From: Geosiphon pyriformis uo1
Taxonomy: Eukaryota > Fungi > Glomeromycota
Direction of reading: 5' to 3'
Assembly (NCBI GenBank): GCA_016748015.1
Contig: JAAOMT010000484.1
Coordinates: 195,443-259,442 of the forward strand
Length of the DNA stretch: 64,000 nt
The translations under genes and the position numbers were made by a program. Under the pieces are notes generated by a model. It made no database searches and was not told the DNA's origin. It saw only the letters and a program-made list of their open reading frames with translations. Position 1 is the first letter of the stretch; every line of letters starts with the position of its first letter. Below, in pieces: positions 25,033 to 37,428 of the stretch.

Positions 25033-28000
25033 TTACACACTAGTATAACCAAAATATCTATGGGATATCACACTATTACACAAAGTATTTCTACCACAAA
25101 AAACATTAGTTAGTATATTATTATACTGTATGAATACATCACCTATTTTAACTATAAGTTTGCTGGTATCCCTACCACTATTCCTTGAAGTGCTATGTAT
25201 GTTGGAACTATTAGTCAGATTTCTCTTGACTCTGTTATCAATACTCATTGATTTTTCCCATTTAGTTTGCAATTTGCAATGTTCTCCCCACAATCTATTT
25301 CTTGCTTGAGTAACTGCCTATTTACACACTTTTATTAATATATTGTTGTTAGTCCTTAGGTCTATGTCAGCAAAGGCATTGATTCTGCCAAATTGCTCAT
25401 TGATTAATTCTTTATATAACAGATCTATATTAGATATTGACATGATGTATTTATTAGATAGCACAATCTTCTCATTGGTGTTTAGGACTTCACATCTCTC
25501 TCTCACAGTCTCTGATAGGCACTGTATCCACTTATCTCTTATATTGTTAATCAGTGTTTTGCTCTCTTGGATATTCAGAGAGCATTTCCAAAAGTGTCAG
25601 TTGGTTTTCACTTCTTTGTAACATATCTTACAAAGATTATTTAGATATATAAAGGGACATCTATTGTATAATACCTCTGCCATTGGCAGCATGTTGTGAA
25701 ATGATTTTATAATAAATGTGTGTATTGCTAAAAAACCAGCTGAGGTGAAGCTTAATGACATTTTATCATCTCAGTTCCAAATCTTGGTTGTGTATATCCA
25801 GTCTATATCTTGGTTTAAAGATCCTATTGTCTCTTGGACTTTGTTGTTGCCTATCCAGTTCAAAGCTGATTGAAGACTAGTCTGTTTGCTCAAAAAATGT
25901 CTAATATTTAGATCCAATTCAACTCCTTTACAAAGGAGAATATATGCAGTCTTTTTAATATTGTAGACCCACCTTACTGTATCAAGAATAGTAGATTCTT
26001 TGGCCAGTTTGTCAGCCTTCTTATTTTCTAATATACCAGTATGTGTAGCCACTTTGTTTATGTTAAGATCAATCCTCTTTTTTCTTATTATTGCTCTGAT
26101 TGCATTCCATGTACATCAGTTTGCAGTTTTGAGCTGATTTCTAATAGACAAGGGAGAATTTTTGGACAACCATCTTTGAGCCATTGCTATTATTGCTTGA
26201 CTATCTGTGTTTATTATTAGTTTGCATCTGTAAGGTACTGCTTCCAAAGCCAACAATACAGTCTTTGCCTCTGTTTTTGTTGATGATAATGTTCCATCAA
26301 TTGCAATACCAAATTCAGCTTCTATCCCATGTGTTATGAAAGCAGCCGTTTCTCTTGCATCTTCAGAACCAGCTTTTACTAGTGAGCCATCTGTTGATAT
26401 TTCTATTTTTTTTCTGAATCTTAACTTCTCTTATACACTTTTTTATTGTGATAGTAAAGTGTCAGGAATATGAATATAAATAGTGTCTTTTTACATTGTT
26501 TCTAAATCATTTGGAATTTGGTTAGTCAGTTTGTGCATCCTCAATGCTTCACATTGTGCTACCTTAATGTTTCTGTACTTATCTATAATAATTGTAAACT
26601 CTAAAATCTTAAACCATCTGGGAATTCTACTACTATTATTTTGTCTGTACTTCCTTGTGAAGTCCATCCATGTCATCAATGACTCATCTTTGTTTTGTAT
26701 CTGATACAAGTACAAAATGTTTTCCTTCCTTAGTAAGCTTCTAACTTTAATGTAGATTTCACTTGAAGATATAATAGTTTCAATTAAATATGCCTGTGGT
26801 CTTAAAGATTCAGATACCCCATGTGTGTTATTATTGCTCCTAAATAAGATGCCTCTTTTTTTCATTATTTGCATAATGTTTGCTATAAGATTAACTCCTG
26901 GCTTAGATTGTTCATCAGTGAGATATTCAAGTATACTATGAACTGATCATCTTTGTGCCTGTAAATTGGCTAGTCTGATTTTTGTAGCCATTCCAGCAAT
27001 ATCAACACTATTCAATCTAACCAACAAATCTGTGATCTTGCTTTTTGCTTGTATATCATCAATTTTGAACAAGCTATATAGGGATGAGTGATGTATGGCA
27101 CTGGTTAAGAAATCTACTGAAAGTTTTGTCTTTTTCTTTATAGTGGCCGAAATCTTTGAAGTCTATTTTCTAGTCCAGCTATTTGGAATATGGGTCAACT
27201 GAGATCTGAATTCAATTGCTGGACTGAGTACACTGTTAAAAATGTAAATAACCTGTTTTTTAGTTATGTGTTTTTTCCTTATAACTGTACACACTGCTTT
27301 AATGTCAGATCTTATTATTTTTAGAACAGTTTCATTTTTTCTATCTGCTCTGATCCATACCCTCAAATATTGGGTACATGTAGATGAACCCAATAATTTC
27401 AAGATCTGTTTGTTTGGACCAAATTTTAGTGACTTAACCATCAATGATCTTCCTTTGGAAGGTCTAACCACCATTGTTTCAGTCTTATCTAAGTTGATCT
27501 CAATATCCACTATTCTGAAAAAGGAGCTGGCTGTGTTCAGAATACTTTGCATTTCTTGTCTTGAATTAGCTATTCACACTGTATTATCAATAAAGACAAG
27601 ATGATTTATTGATACCAACAAGGATTGTGTATCTGATTGATTATTCCACTTTTTCCACTTAGCTGTCAGTTTGTATTCATGACTATAGTTGGCTTGTTTT
27701 ACTTCACACAATAAGGGGTCATAGAAAATCCTCTACATAATAGGTGAGCTCGTTTTTCCCTGATCCAGTCCATCTTGAACTTGATATTTGTCACTTAACC
27801 CAAATTCAGTTATGATTCTATTGCTTCTATTGTTGTGTATTAAGCCAAATAGTTCAATAAACCTATTGTTCATCTTAATTATCTTTAGTGCAGTTTCTAT
27901 GGGTTTCCATCCTACCAAATCATATGCCTTTTTCATGTCTTGAAATGTAAACCAAGTTTCATTATCAAATTTTCTTGCATGTTCAGCTACAGCATTAATT

Positions 28001-29928
28001 ACATGAATAGGTACTGTTGTGGAAGTATTTTTTAACACTAAGGTATTGTAACTTTTTAGGACATTATAAAGTTCACATGCTTTTAATATTTTAATAGTTA
28101 GAATTTTTGTTAAGATTTTTTTAGTGCTTTCAATGAGTGTGATTGGCCTGGTAATGTCAATATTGCCATCCCATTCTTTTGGCTTTGGAATCAGTATAAC
28201 TTGTGCTACTCTCCACTCCTTAGACATGTTTGCTGCTTTAATGCAAGTGTTGAGCAATGTTTTTAGTTTAGATTTGGTATTAGGCCCAGCCTTCTTCCAG
28301 AGTTCAGCTTGAATGCCTGATAGGCCAAGAGCTTTGTTATGGGATGTGTGACTCAATATGCATTTAAATTCCTTATTTGTTATTTTATCTATTACACTGT
28401 CAAAGGCATGGTCTGAAATGCTCTCAATTGGCTCAAATCTGTGTTCCCAACTTTTCCATAGATCAGGCTTAATGCTTCTTGTTCTAGTCTACCCTTGGGC
28501 TTTTTTGTTTACTAGCTTTTTAATTTCATTAGGATTATCATGAAATTCGCCTTCTTCAATAATATGGTCTAGTACAATTCTTTGTTTTTTTCTGTTCAGA
28601 ATGCTTTAATCATAGCTTCTTTGTTTAGATCAAAGTTTTATTGTCTTCTGATGATATTTGTCTCTGCTGTTATAGCCTGATTCTAGTTTGCAGTATTGAT
28701 CTGTATTCTTTCTTAATATTGAGTAATTCCATAATAAGCTTATTCTTTGGAAGAATCATTAGATATGGATTAACTGCCTCAGGTTTCAGCTGTTTCCATT
28801 TGGCCAACAACTGTATAACATTGTTATCATGCATATCTGCATTGTTTATTCTTAATTGTTTGATTATATCAGCAATAATCTTAACAAGCTTGTGATCCAT
28901 GCATTCTTTTTTTGTGTGTACAGATTAGGCTTCCACTTTCTTCTTTGGTAGACAATTAGCAGCTTGTAATACAGTTTCCTTGATTGTAAGCCACATTAAG
29001 TTTAGATTATTATTGCTGTTATCTACTGATTTTTTTTGTGTTCATTAGTCAATTTATCAGTTTCTTTTACATAGATTTCCCATTGCATTCCAGATGTTTT
29101 TTTAACATCAATCATAGTTGTGCTATTCTTCTTTCTCCTAGATCTAGATTTTTTACTGCCTGCCAAGATTCTGTTAGATTGGATAATTATTACTACTGCT
29201 TTGTGATTTGTGCTAAAAGATTCATTAACATTAATCACCCCAATGTTTGTGACCAGTGAGGCTTTAATTGCATCAGTAAACACATAGTTCAATCTTCTTT
29301 GTATTCTATTTGATGCTCATGTCTTTTCTGAATTGTTTGTTGCATATGCTCCATGTGTATCCACTAAATTCATATGTTGTAATGTTGTAGCAGTTGGATA
29401 AGTTTTGGTCTTATTTGTAGCATATGTTTTCTCAAGTAATTTGGATAACAGATTTTCATTCAAATCATCTGCAACTATGATTATCTTTTTGTTTTACACA
29501 ATGTCTCCCAAAAGTTTCCTGATTTCTTTAGCCACTGCTCTCTCAGTAGGCAATTTGGAAGCAGACATGTACAGTCTTACTATGTGTACACTGATTTTTC
29601 TTCTAAATTTTAACCCCAAATGTAACAGCCTCCCATAATATCTCTTGATTGTTTCCACATGGTGTATCCAACATTTTTTGATCAGTATATTAACACCAGT
29701 TCCCATTTGTTTCTCTGTGCTTGACTCTCAAAAGGCATTTTTTTTTGTTGAAGTTATTTTGGTTTCTGTAATAATTACAAAGTCAAATTGTTCTTCAATA
29801 ACCCAACGTAGCATCTTTTCAGCTTTACCAGGATTATTAAGCTCTCTAACATTTACAGTACCAATTTTCCAAGTATTGTTATTAGAGTAATTCTGTTCTA
29901 TGTTGGAATTAGATGTGCTACACATCAT
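25033..29928 (-). pseudogene. LINE-a ORF2: APE-EN, RT, RNase H, C-terminal Cys/His motif
   Basis: KIGTVNVRELNN, IITETK, STNHKAV (EN); RPITLIE, QDMKKAYD, GLDQG..SP, FIDN (RT); STDGS, TDSQ, VATHTGILENKKAD (RNase H). Confidence 0.92.
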
Positions 29929-29934
29929 TTGTTT

Positions 29935-32193
29935 CTATAAATTTAGATTCTCCAGCAGTAGAACTGCTTCAGCTCCCCTGTTTTTTCACTTGCTTCAATA
30001 ACTCTAGAATGGGTTCCAATGTTTTTTTAATTCTTTTGATTTCCAATTCTGGGTTGTATGCCTCTTTTTTTCCTACCAAAGTAGATTTAAATGTAGTACT
30101 TTGGCTTGATAATCTATTCTCCATCTTTTCTTTTTCTTCTGAGGTGTTACTTGGCTGTTAAGCAACTATTACTTCTTTTCCTTTCTCTATTGTTACTCCA
30201 AGTTTGGCAGCCATTGCATTCAGCAGTTTTGCCATTTCATCAATCTGCTTTCTCAATTTATCAATTTCAGTCTTTCATGGTTGGTTGACTCTTTTTTTTG
30301 ATTGTTCTTCCCTATTGTTTACTTGTGGACCAGATTTCTGAGTATTATTTAAATTGGTATTGTTCTGATTATGGGGCAGTCTGAATGCAGCCATATTAGC
30401 ATATGATCTTCCACCAAAAATCTTGATGTTTTCCTCTGGAACATTTCTTTTAACATACAGCTTTGCCAATCTGATATTGTTGGTAACTTTCTTGGTATCT
30501 TCTTCTTTTTTTTTATACAGGGTTGGACATTTTGAGACCAAATATCCTACCTGATAACAGAAGTGGCACTCTTTAGCATCAGTAGGCACCCAGTGGACCA
30601 GTGTGTTACCAATTACCAAGGGCTTTTTGGTGGCATTGTTGCAATTAGCTTCACTGTCAAATTTTACATAAGCACAGCTCATTCTTGTATAATTTTTACT
30701 AGTTCTTGGAATGAAGCAGAATTGGGCTTTGATTTAATCCAGAGTGGTGCTCAAATAGTAAGCAGTACAATTCTGTGGTAGGCCCACCAATTTAGCTTCT
30801 CAGGTTTTTCTCTGCTCAATAATCTTCTGGATTCTAATCATTGGGTAAATTTTGACTGCATTTTTTCTGACTATGGTCAACCATTGATCTACAGCTCTTG
30901 TTGTTTCTTCTTGGTTGTTATATTCAACTACTGCTGATTGCCATTTGCCAGCCACTCTGATTTGGATTTTATTGACCTCACCAAATTCTTTCATGGTAGT
31001 TTCTACCTTTCTGTCAGAGATGTCCAAGGGGATATCTCTTACCAAGACTTTTTTTGACCAGCCATTTGGTTGTTAACATCATTAGTAGCCATCAAAAATG
31101 ATTCAATTTTATTATTTGCCAGGATTTCTCTGGCTTGGTCTTTTCCAGCCACTTGGGAAAAATCAACTTTGATTTCTTGGTTTCTAGCCATTATAGTTCC
31201 CAAAAGGTACTTGACATCTCCCAAAAAATTGTAAATCCACCCTACTTTCTTTCCCATGATCTTTTCAGGTATGTCTAATGTTTGTACAAAACATACATGC
31301 TTTTTGGTACCATAGACCACTGTTTTCTATCCTTCCTCTTGGTTTGCTTCCATAAGCATGGATTTTTTGCCAAGTGATTTACTATTGTATTGTTCTGGAC
31401 TTGGACTAACCATTCTGCTTAATAGGCTTAATTCAGAGTCTTCCATGTCTTTTGTGACATCATCCACAATAGGCTTATTTCTGTTTGTGTCAAATGAATT
31501 GTCTATTTGCTCTTCATTTTCTATTGCAGAATTTTCTTTGTTGATCCTGTCCAAAATATCAGGATTGCACTTTTTTAGAGCTGCTTTTATTTGTGCAGCT
31601 TTTTCCCTGTCTTCTTTAGGCACTTTGAATGGTTTATTCATTTTTTTCAGGGACTTTGAGGCTTCTTTTTTACTGGTTCAAGGTTCTATTTGAAATTTGT
31701 TACTGTTTCCACTTTTGTTAAACATTGGTTACAAGACAAAGTTATTGGTTTGAACAGATGTGGTTTTGGATAAGTCTTCTTTAATTATTTGGTTAAATTT
31801 TTCAGTTAGCTCTTTTACACTTATTCTTTCAATGTGTTTGTATTTTTTGTTGGCCTTTTCCTCTAATCTGTTAGCTGTTATTGGAGAAAAGTCCACTGCT
31901 CTCCTATGTGAAGCTGTTTTTTTTGATGTATTGACTATTCTAAAAGGTGTATTGTCTCCACTATTTGTGTTCATACTTCCAAATAGTCTATTGGTAGTTT
32001 CAAATCTAAATGGAGGTGTATTAGGTCTTGCAGTTTCCACAGTTGATGAATTTCATAGATTAGTGTTAATGCCTTCTCTTTCAACAATGGAAGTTATGTT
32101 TCCTTCCACTTGGTATTCACTATTAATAGTCTCTATACTTGTACTTTTTTGCATGACTGGTGTCACTTCACTGTTGACATTGTTATCAGACAC
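29935..32193 (-). pseudogene. LINE-a ORF1 (RRM-like domains plus CCHC-like knuckle)
   Basis: VRDIPLD...EFGEV...GKWQSAVVEY; CHFCYQVGYLVSKC; stop ~7 nt before the ORF2 ATG. Confidence 0.85.
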
Positions 32194-32554
32194 TTTTAAG
32201 TTTGTTGTGATAATAATAATAATTTATTATAATTAAAGATTTCTTTGCAAAAACTTATTTTTCCAAATTTGAGGCATAGTAAATTGTGTAATAGCAGTCA
32301 AAGAGAGAAAAAAGTTTTTTTTAATTCCTTGTTACTTTCAGTACTGCAATAAATATAATCTTATATTTAACCTGTCTTCAAAAAAACTATACCTGATCAC
32401 CAAACTACCTGAGCCTGAGGTAGAAAAAGAATTAATTACTAAAGACATGTTATTTTAAGATCCAACTGAGGATACTGAAACAGAATAGTATCTTATTTAT
32501 TCAGATTTCTCCAAAAAATTAAAATTAAAATGGTAAAGTAACAATGAGAAAAGA

Positions 32555-32941
32555 ATCTGCCTTAAAAGAGCACATGACACTAATACTGGTTTTGATTTAC
32601 AATACCCCAGACAATTATCCATAGTTATAGCTCCACATTTTTTTGTAACAATAAATCTTAAGATAGCATTAGAAATTCCTGTTAATACAATAGTACAAAT
32701 TGTTTTTCGATTTAGTTTAGCCAAAAAAATTGATGTAAAGGGAGGAATCATTAATGCTAATTATATAAGAAACATCATTATGATGCTACAGAACAATTTG
32801 AACAAACCCTACAACATAAAATCACAAAAAAAAATTGCCCAAGTTATCTTCCTACTCCTAGTCAAAGTATCACAATTAACTCTGGTAACAACTTGAAAAA
32901 AATTAGGCCTTATTGTCTGAGAAATCAATAGGTTTGGATCA
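32555..32941 (+). pseudogene. dUTPase domain in family B pol
   Basis: Five trimeric-dUTPase motifs in order, decayed: RAHDTNTGFDL, RFSLAKK, GGIINANY, KIAQ, EINRFGS. Confidence 0.85.
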
Positions 32942-33459
32942 ATTAAAAGAGAAAACATACCAGTTAACTTTATAGAGGAAAACAATAACCAGATAGAACT
33001 TATTTACACTGATACAGTCATTTCTATCCTCTTATATTGACAATATATTCTTAAGATGAATCGAAAAATCCAAGATCAAACCCTGTTATTTGAAGCTGAT
33101 TCTGAAATTTGTTCTTTAGTCAATGTTGTTAACTTATACCTATTGGCCAAAGTCCATAAACACTTCAAATTCTCATTCACAACTCCACAAAAGATGTTAT
33201 TGAAATTCCCAAAGGGACTCTTATTGGTTTCATCTTATCAGACATTCAACATTCCAAAAAACTCCAGTTTATTCCAAATTTTGCACAGCAATTCTTATTT
33301 TGCAATATTACCTCACAAGTATAGAACTTGCCAAAAGAAAGTTATCTGTTTACACCAGAAGAAATTAACAAACTACACTTGGAAAATTTGAGTACTTTCT
33401 AGCAAATACAACTTAAAGTTCTTTTGAATCAATATGCCAATGTTTTTGCCAATAAGAAT

Positions 33460-34772
33460 AAGTTTAGACGCATTGACATTGTAAAGCATCAGATTGATAT
33501 GAAAGATGCGCAATCTATTAAACAACAGACCTACCAAGTGCCTCTATCTGGTGATAATTTAATTAAGCAAAAAGTACAATAAATGTTTGACAATGGCTTG
33601 ATTAAAGAATTGCTAAGCTTTTAGTTCTCCTCAATAGTCCTGGTCACCAAGAAAAATAGAAAGATAAGATTCTGTGTAAATTATTGAAAGCTAAACAGCA
33701 TTACCCAAGGAAATAATTACTTCACACCTCTCATTCAAGAAATTCTAGATAATTTAGAGAACAAAAAATGGTTTTTATTATTAAATCTAGCCAGTGGATA
33801 TTAACAGATTGAAATGGACTCCAAAGACAAAAAAAAAATGGATTTTCCACTTGAGACAGAAACTTTGAGTTCAACATAATATTCTTTGGACTCTGCAATA
33901 CTCCTGCTACTTTTTAGCATCTTATGAATGTCATGTACAAAAAAATCTTGTGGAAATCAGTCATAATATACCTAAACAACACTAATGTCTTTTCAGAAAC
34001 ATTTGATGATCACTTGCTCTATTTTCAACAAGTCTTTGAATGCTTTTGTAGTGCTAAATTAAAACTCAATTCCAATAAATACTTCTTTGAAAAGACTAAG
34101 TTGAAATTTTTAAGACATGTAATTGGCAAAAACAAAGTCAAACTTAATCCAGATAAGATCCAAAAAGTCAAAAATTTTTCAGCTCCAATTAACCTCAGAG
34201 AATTAAAAGAATTTTTAAGATTGGCAAAATATTATTGATAATTTGTCAAAAAATTCTCAACTATTGCAAAACCACTTCACTATTTGTTGTTTAAACATGT
34301 ACAGTACTTATGGAAAAAAGACCAACAGAAAGCATTCAACTATCTTAAGCAGTAATTGATCACATCCCCAATTTTGATTTACCCAAATTTCACTAAATGG
34401 TTCATTATCACAATAGATGTCTTAAAAAATGCTTTAGGAACAGTCTTATTACAAATAAGACTGGACAAAAGAGAACATCCAATTGCCTACACTAGTCACA
34501 GCACTAGCCCAGCAGAAAAAAATCACAGTACAACAGATTTGGAATGTCTTGTTATTTATTGGACCATACAGACATAGAGACATTACCTCAGTTTGCCCTT
34601 TGACTTATATACTAATCATAAAGAACTTATTTGGTTACTTAACAATCCACAACTAAAGAGAAAATATGCAAAATAGAGTACTTATCTGCAACAATTCTCA
34701 CTCAAAGTTTATTACAAAAAAGGATCTAAAAACACCAATGCTAACAATTTATCAAGAATACCACAAACCTAA
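33460..34772 (+). pseudogene. Family B RT-RNase H
   Basis: KIRFCVNY, FGLCNTPATF, YLNNTNV (decayed YLDD), ITIDVLKNALG, STTDLECL; ends NANNLSRIPQT followed by TAA. Confidence 0.88.
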
Positions 34773-34782
34773 TTCCAGACCT

Positions 34783-36143
34783 ATGGACACAACCAATTAC
34801 CACTGACTACATTAGTACTTATTGACACTATGTTTTAAGGAGATATTATCTCAACAGAAACAAAGTATTATATGAAAACAAACCCAAAATTATTTTATTC
34901 AAGACAACTAATTATATTGACAAAAACACTGAAACTGTTCTACCTTACAATGAGTTATCAAAAACAATAAAAAAAAAATTATATTACATAGTATACATTC
35001 TAATCCAACTGCAGAACACTTTAACAAAGATGCTACCCTCAAAAAAACTCTAGATTTATACTATTGGCCAATGATGTACAAAGACATTTTCAATTATATG
35101 CTCAATTGTGACTCATGCTAATAAAAAGAAAAAACCAGAACAACAGAACCACTTCAACTCATTTTAGTTGGAAATCTATTTGATAGAATTGTGATCAATT
35201 TGATTGGTCTTCTTTCTATAACATCTAAAAGAAATTGTTACATTACTATAGCCATAGACTATTTAACAAAATAGCTGGAAGCCAAAGCCATCTAAGTAGC
35301 AAACACTAAAACAGTAGCTGAGTTCATATACCAAGATCCAATTTGCAGACATAGATGTCCAAAAAAACTGTTATCCAATCAAGGAATGCATTTTATAAAT
35401 AATACATTAACCAAATTAAGTCAATGGTTTAGAATAAAACATTTTTTATTGTCATCATATTATCTACAAACAAACAGACTAGTAGAATAATTTAATTAAA
35501 CACTATATAAAGCATTAGCAAAAATAAGTTATGAAAATGAACAAAAATAAGACTTATTTATATCTTCTGTACTCTTTGCATACCAAACACTAAAACAAAA
35601 TACAATTCAGTTTACATCATTCAAATTAGTCTATGGAAAAAAAGCCACTCTACTTATTGAAAAAAAATACAGTTGTACTCAACAAAAGCTATTACTGAAA
35701 AAAATTTCAAAGCAACTTTATACCATAAAACATACCAGCTTATGAAAATATTAGAAAATAATTGTAGAAAAGTAGCTGACAACATTAGTAACACTCAGAA
35801 ACAACAAAAAAAAGACATAATAAACACCTATCTAAACAACTAATGGAATTCAAAATTGAAGACCAAGTACTGTTATACAAAAGCTGAAAAACAATGGAAT
35901 GAAAAGTTTGATCCAAAGTAGGATGGTTTATTTCATGTATACAAAGTTTTAAGCAATGGAGCTTACAAATTATGATTGAAAGACAGAATTTTAAAGAAAG
36001 TAGCACATGGAAATCAGTTAAAAATTTATCATGCAAAACAAGAATTATCATCATCAATATCTTAGCTAGGAACACAACTTTTATTAATCAGACCAGAAGA
36101 TATACCACAAGATCTGAAACCAATCATTATTATTAAAACATAA
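34783..36143 (+). pseudogene. Family B integrase, separate ORF
   Basis: ATG GAC ACA 10 nt after the RNase H stop; HSNPTAEHF...YYWP...NCDSC; AIDYLTK; TNRLVE. Confidence 0.82.
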
Positions 36144-36638
36144 ACAATATATAGTAAATTAAATTAAAAAATTCAAATATATATAATATCTGAAAAAACA
36201 GCAAAAAATAATAAAACTTTCAGCATAGATCTGTTAGATCAAATTCTACAATTCTCAAAACAACTATTTGACACAATTCAGCAATCTTTTGCTCAAATAG
36301 AAATAACAATTAATAGAAAAAAGATATGATATAAAGATAAGAGCAAAAAAGAGGAGAGCAAAAGTTCAACTAGAATTAAATAGTTTCACTCCTACCTAAT
36401 GTTCAAAAAGAGAAATTGGAGAAAAGATTTCTCTCAAGTGGGACAGAAAATAAAAAAAGTTTATAAAAGATACTTGGTCTTTAAGCTTGAAGAAATAAAA
36501 GAAGCTTTAGCTCATGAAACCAAACTTCCTAAAACAAGGGAATAGACACCAGACAGTGACCAAGAATGGAAAGAAAGACTCCCTTCAGCATATTGGTTCT
36601 ACAAAATTGGTAAACAACTAGATTTGAAGACACTATAT

Positions 36639-37376
36639 TGTTACGGTTGAAACACATAGTTTTTATTAATTATCACATATATTAGCCACTGATGTCATAT
36701 AATTAGCCCCCCTATTTTTAGATATTGATTATTGACCTGATCAATGACCTGACCGTTGACCTGATCATTGACCTGATCATTGACCTAATCAATGACCTGA
36801 TCATTGACCTGATCATTGACCTGATCATTGACCTGATTGTTGATCTGGTCATTGACTACTTTAGATAACTATATAAGTGATGATTCCCATAGCTGTAGAA
36901 AGATATGATCAAAGTAATGAAATAAACAATATTAATTACTTCCTCTCATAATTGCTTATTCCCCTTTCCTTACCTTCAAGTATCTACTTGTTGGCATTCA
37001 CATACCTTATCTTTTCCCCTTCTTGATTTGTATTTGTTAGAATTAGCCTAAGAAGCAATTGGCTTGCTCTTGTAATTCATTGAATAAAGAAACAATTAAA
37101 AAATACAATAATACCTGTTATTGATTCTAAGAATCGCCAAGTTGAGGCATAGAATAATAGCAGCAGTGTTATCTTGTTGACAATCACGGACTATTCCTCT
37201 ACCTTCAGATTTAAGAAAAGATTACCAACTATGATTTTTATGAGACTGATCACACACATTGAATTCCTACTTATTCAATTTGCTCCCTTATTGTAATTCT
37301 TTCTTTGTTTATTTCCATCACCATACAATACTGTTCTCCCTTGCTATCCATTAGCTTGTTACTCCAACTCATAACA
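36639..37376 (+). repeat. 5' LTR of A2 (divergent subtype, ~11 units of the 12-bp array)
   Basis: TGTTACGG...CTCATAACA followed by the PBS. Confidence 0.9.
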
Positions 37377-37428
37377 TAAAAGTGGTGCTCCCTGTAAGGT
37401 TGTCAAAATTCACTTATTCCCTCATTGT

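Larger units (their letters stand above)
24893..32319 (-). mobile_element. Full-length non-LTR retrotransposon (LINE) with APE endonuclease, RT and RNase H (LINE-a)
   Basis: Poly(T) 24893-24903; 15-bp TSD TTTAAT(C/T)CCTTGTTA at 24878-24892 and 32320-32334; ORF1 plus ORF2. Confidence 0.93.
17812..36638 (+). mobile_element. Ty3/Gypsy family B (dUTPase-bearing), heavily decayed, 3' end missing, carries a LINE insertion
   Basis: Putative 5' LTR, gag with CCHC, PR, dUTPase, RT, RNase H and INT in + order; pol rejoins across the LINE TSD. Confidence 0.85.

Noticed and set aside
2290-32236. Many antisense or short ORFs in the track (e.g. 2722-3018, 3377-3829, 5312-5860, 14959-15369, 31760-32236)
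   Set aside because: Shadows on the opposite strand of retroelement ORFs, with no independent motifs.
36725-36856. CRISPR-like array
   Set aside because: 12-bp head-to-tail units without unique spacers, inside LTRs of a eukaryotic element.
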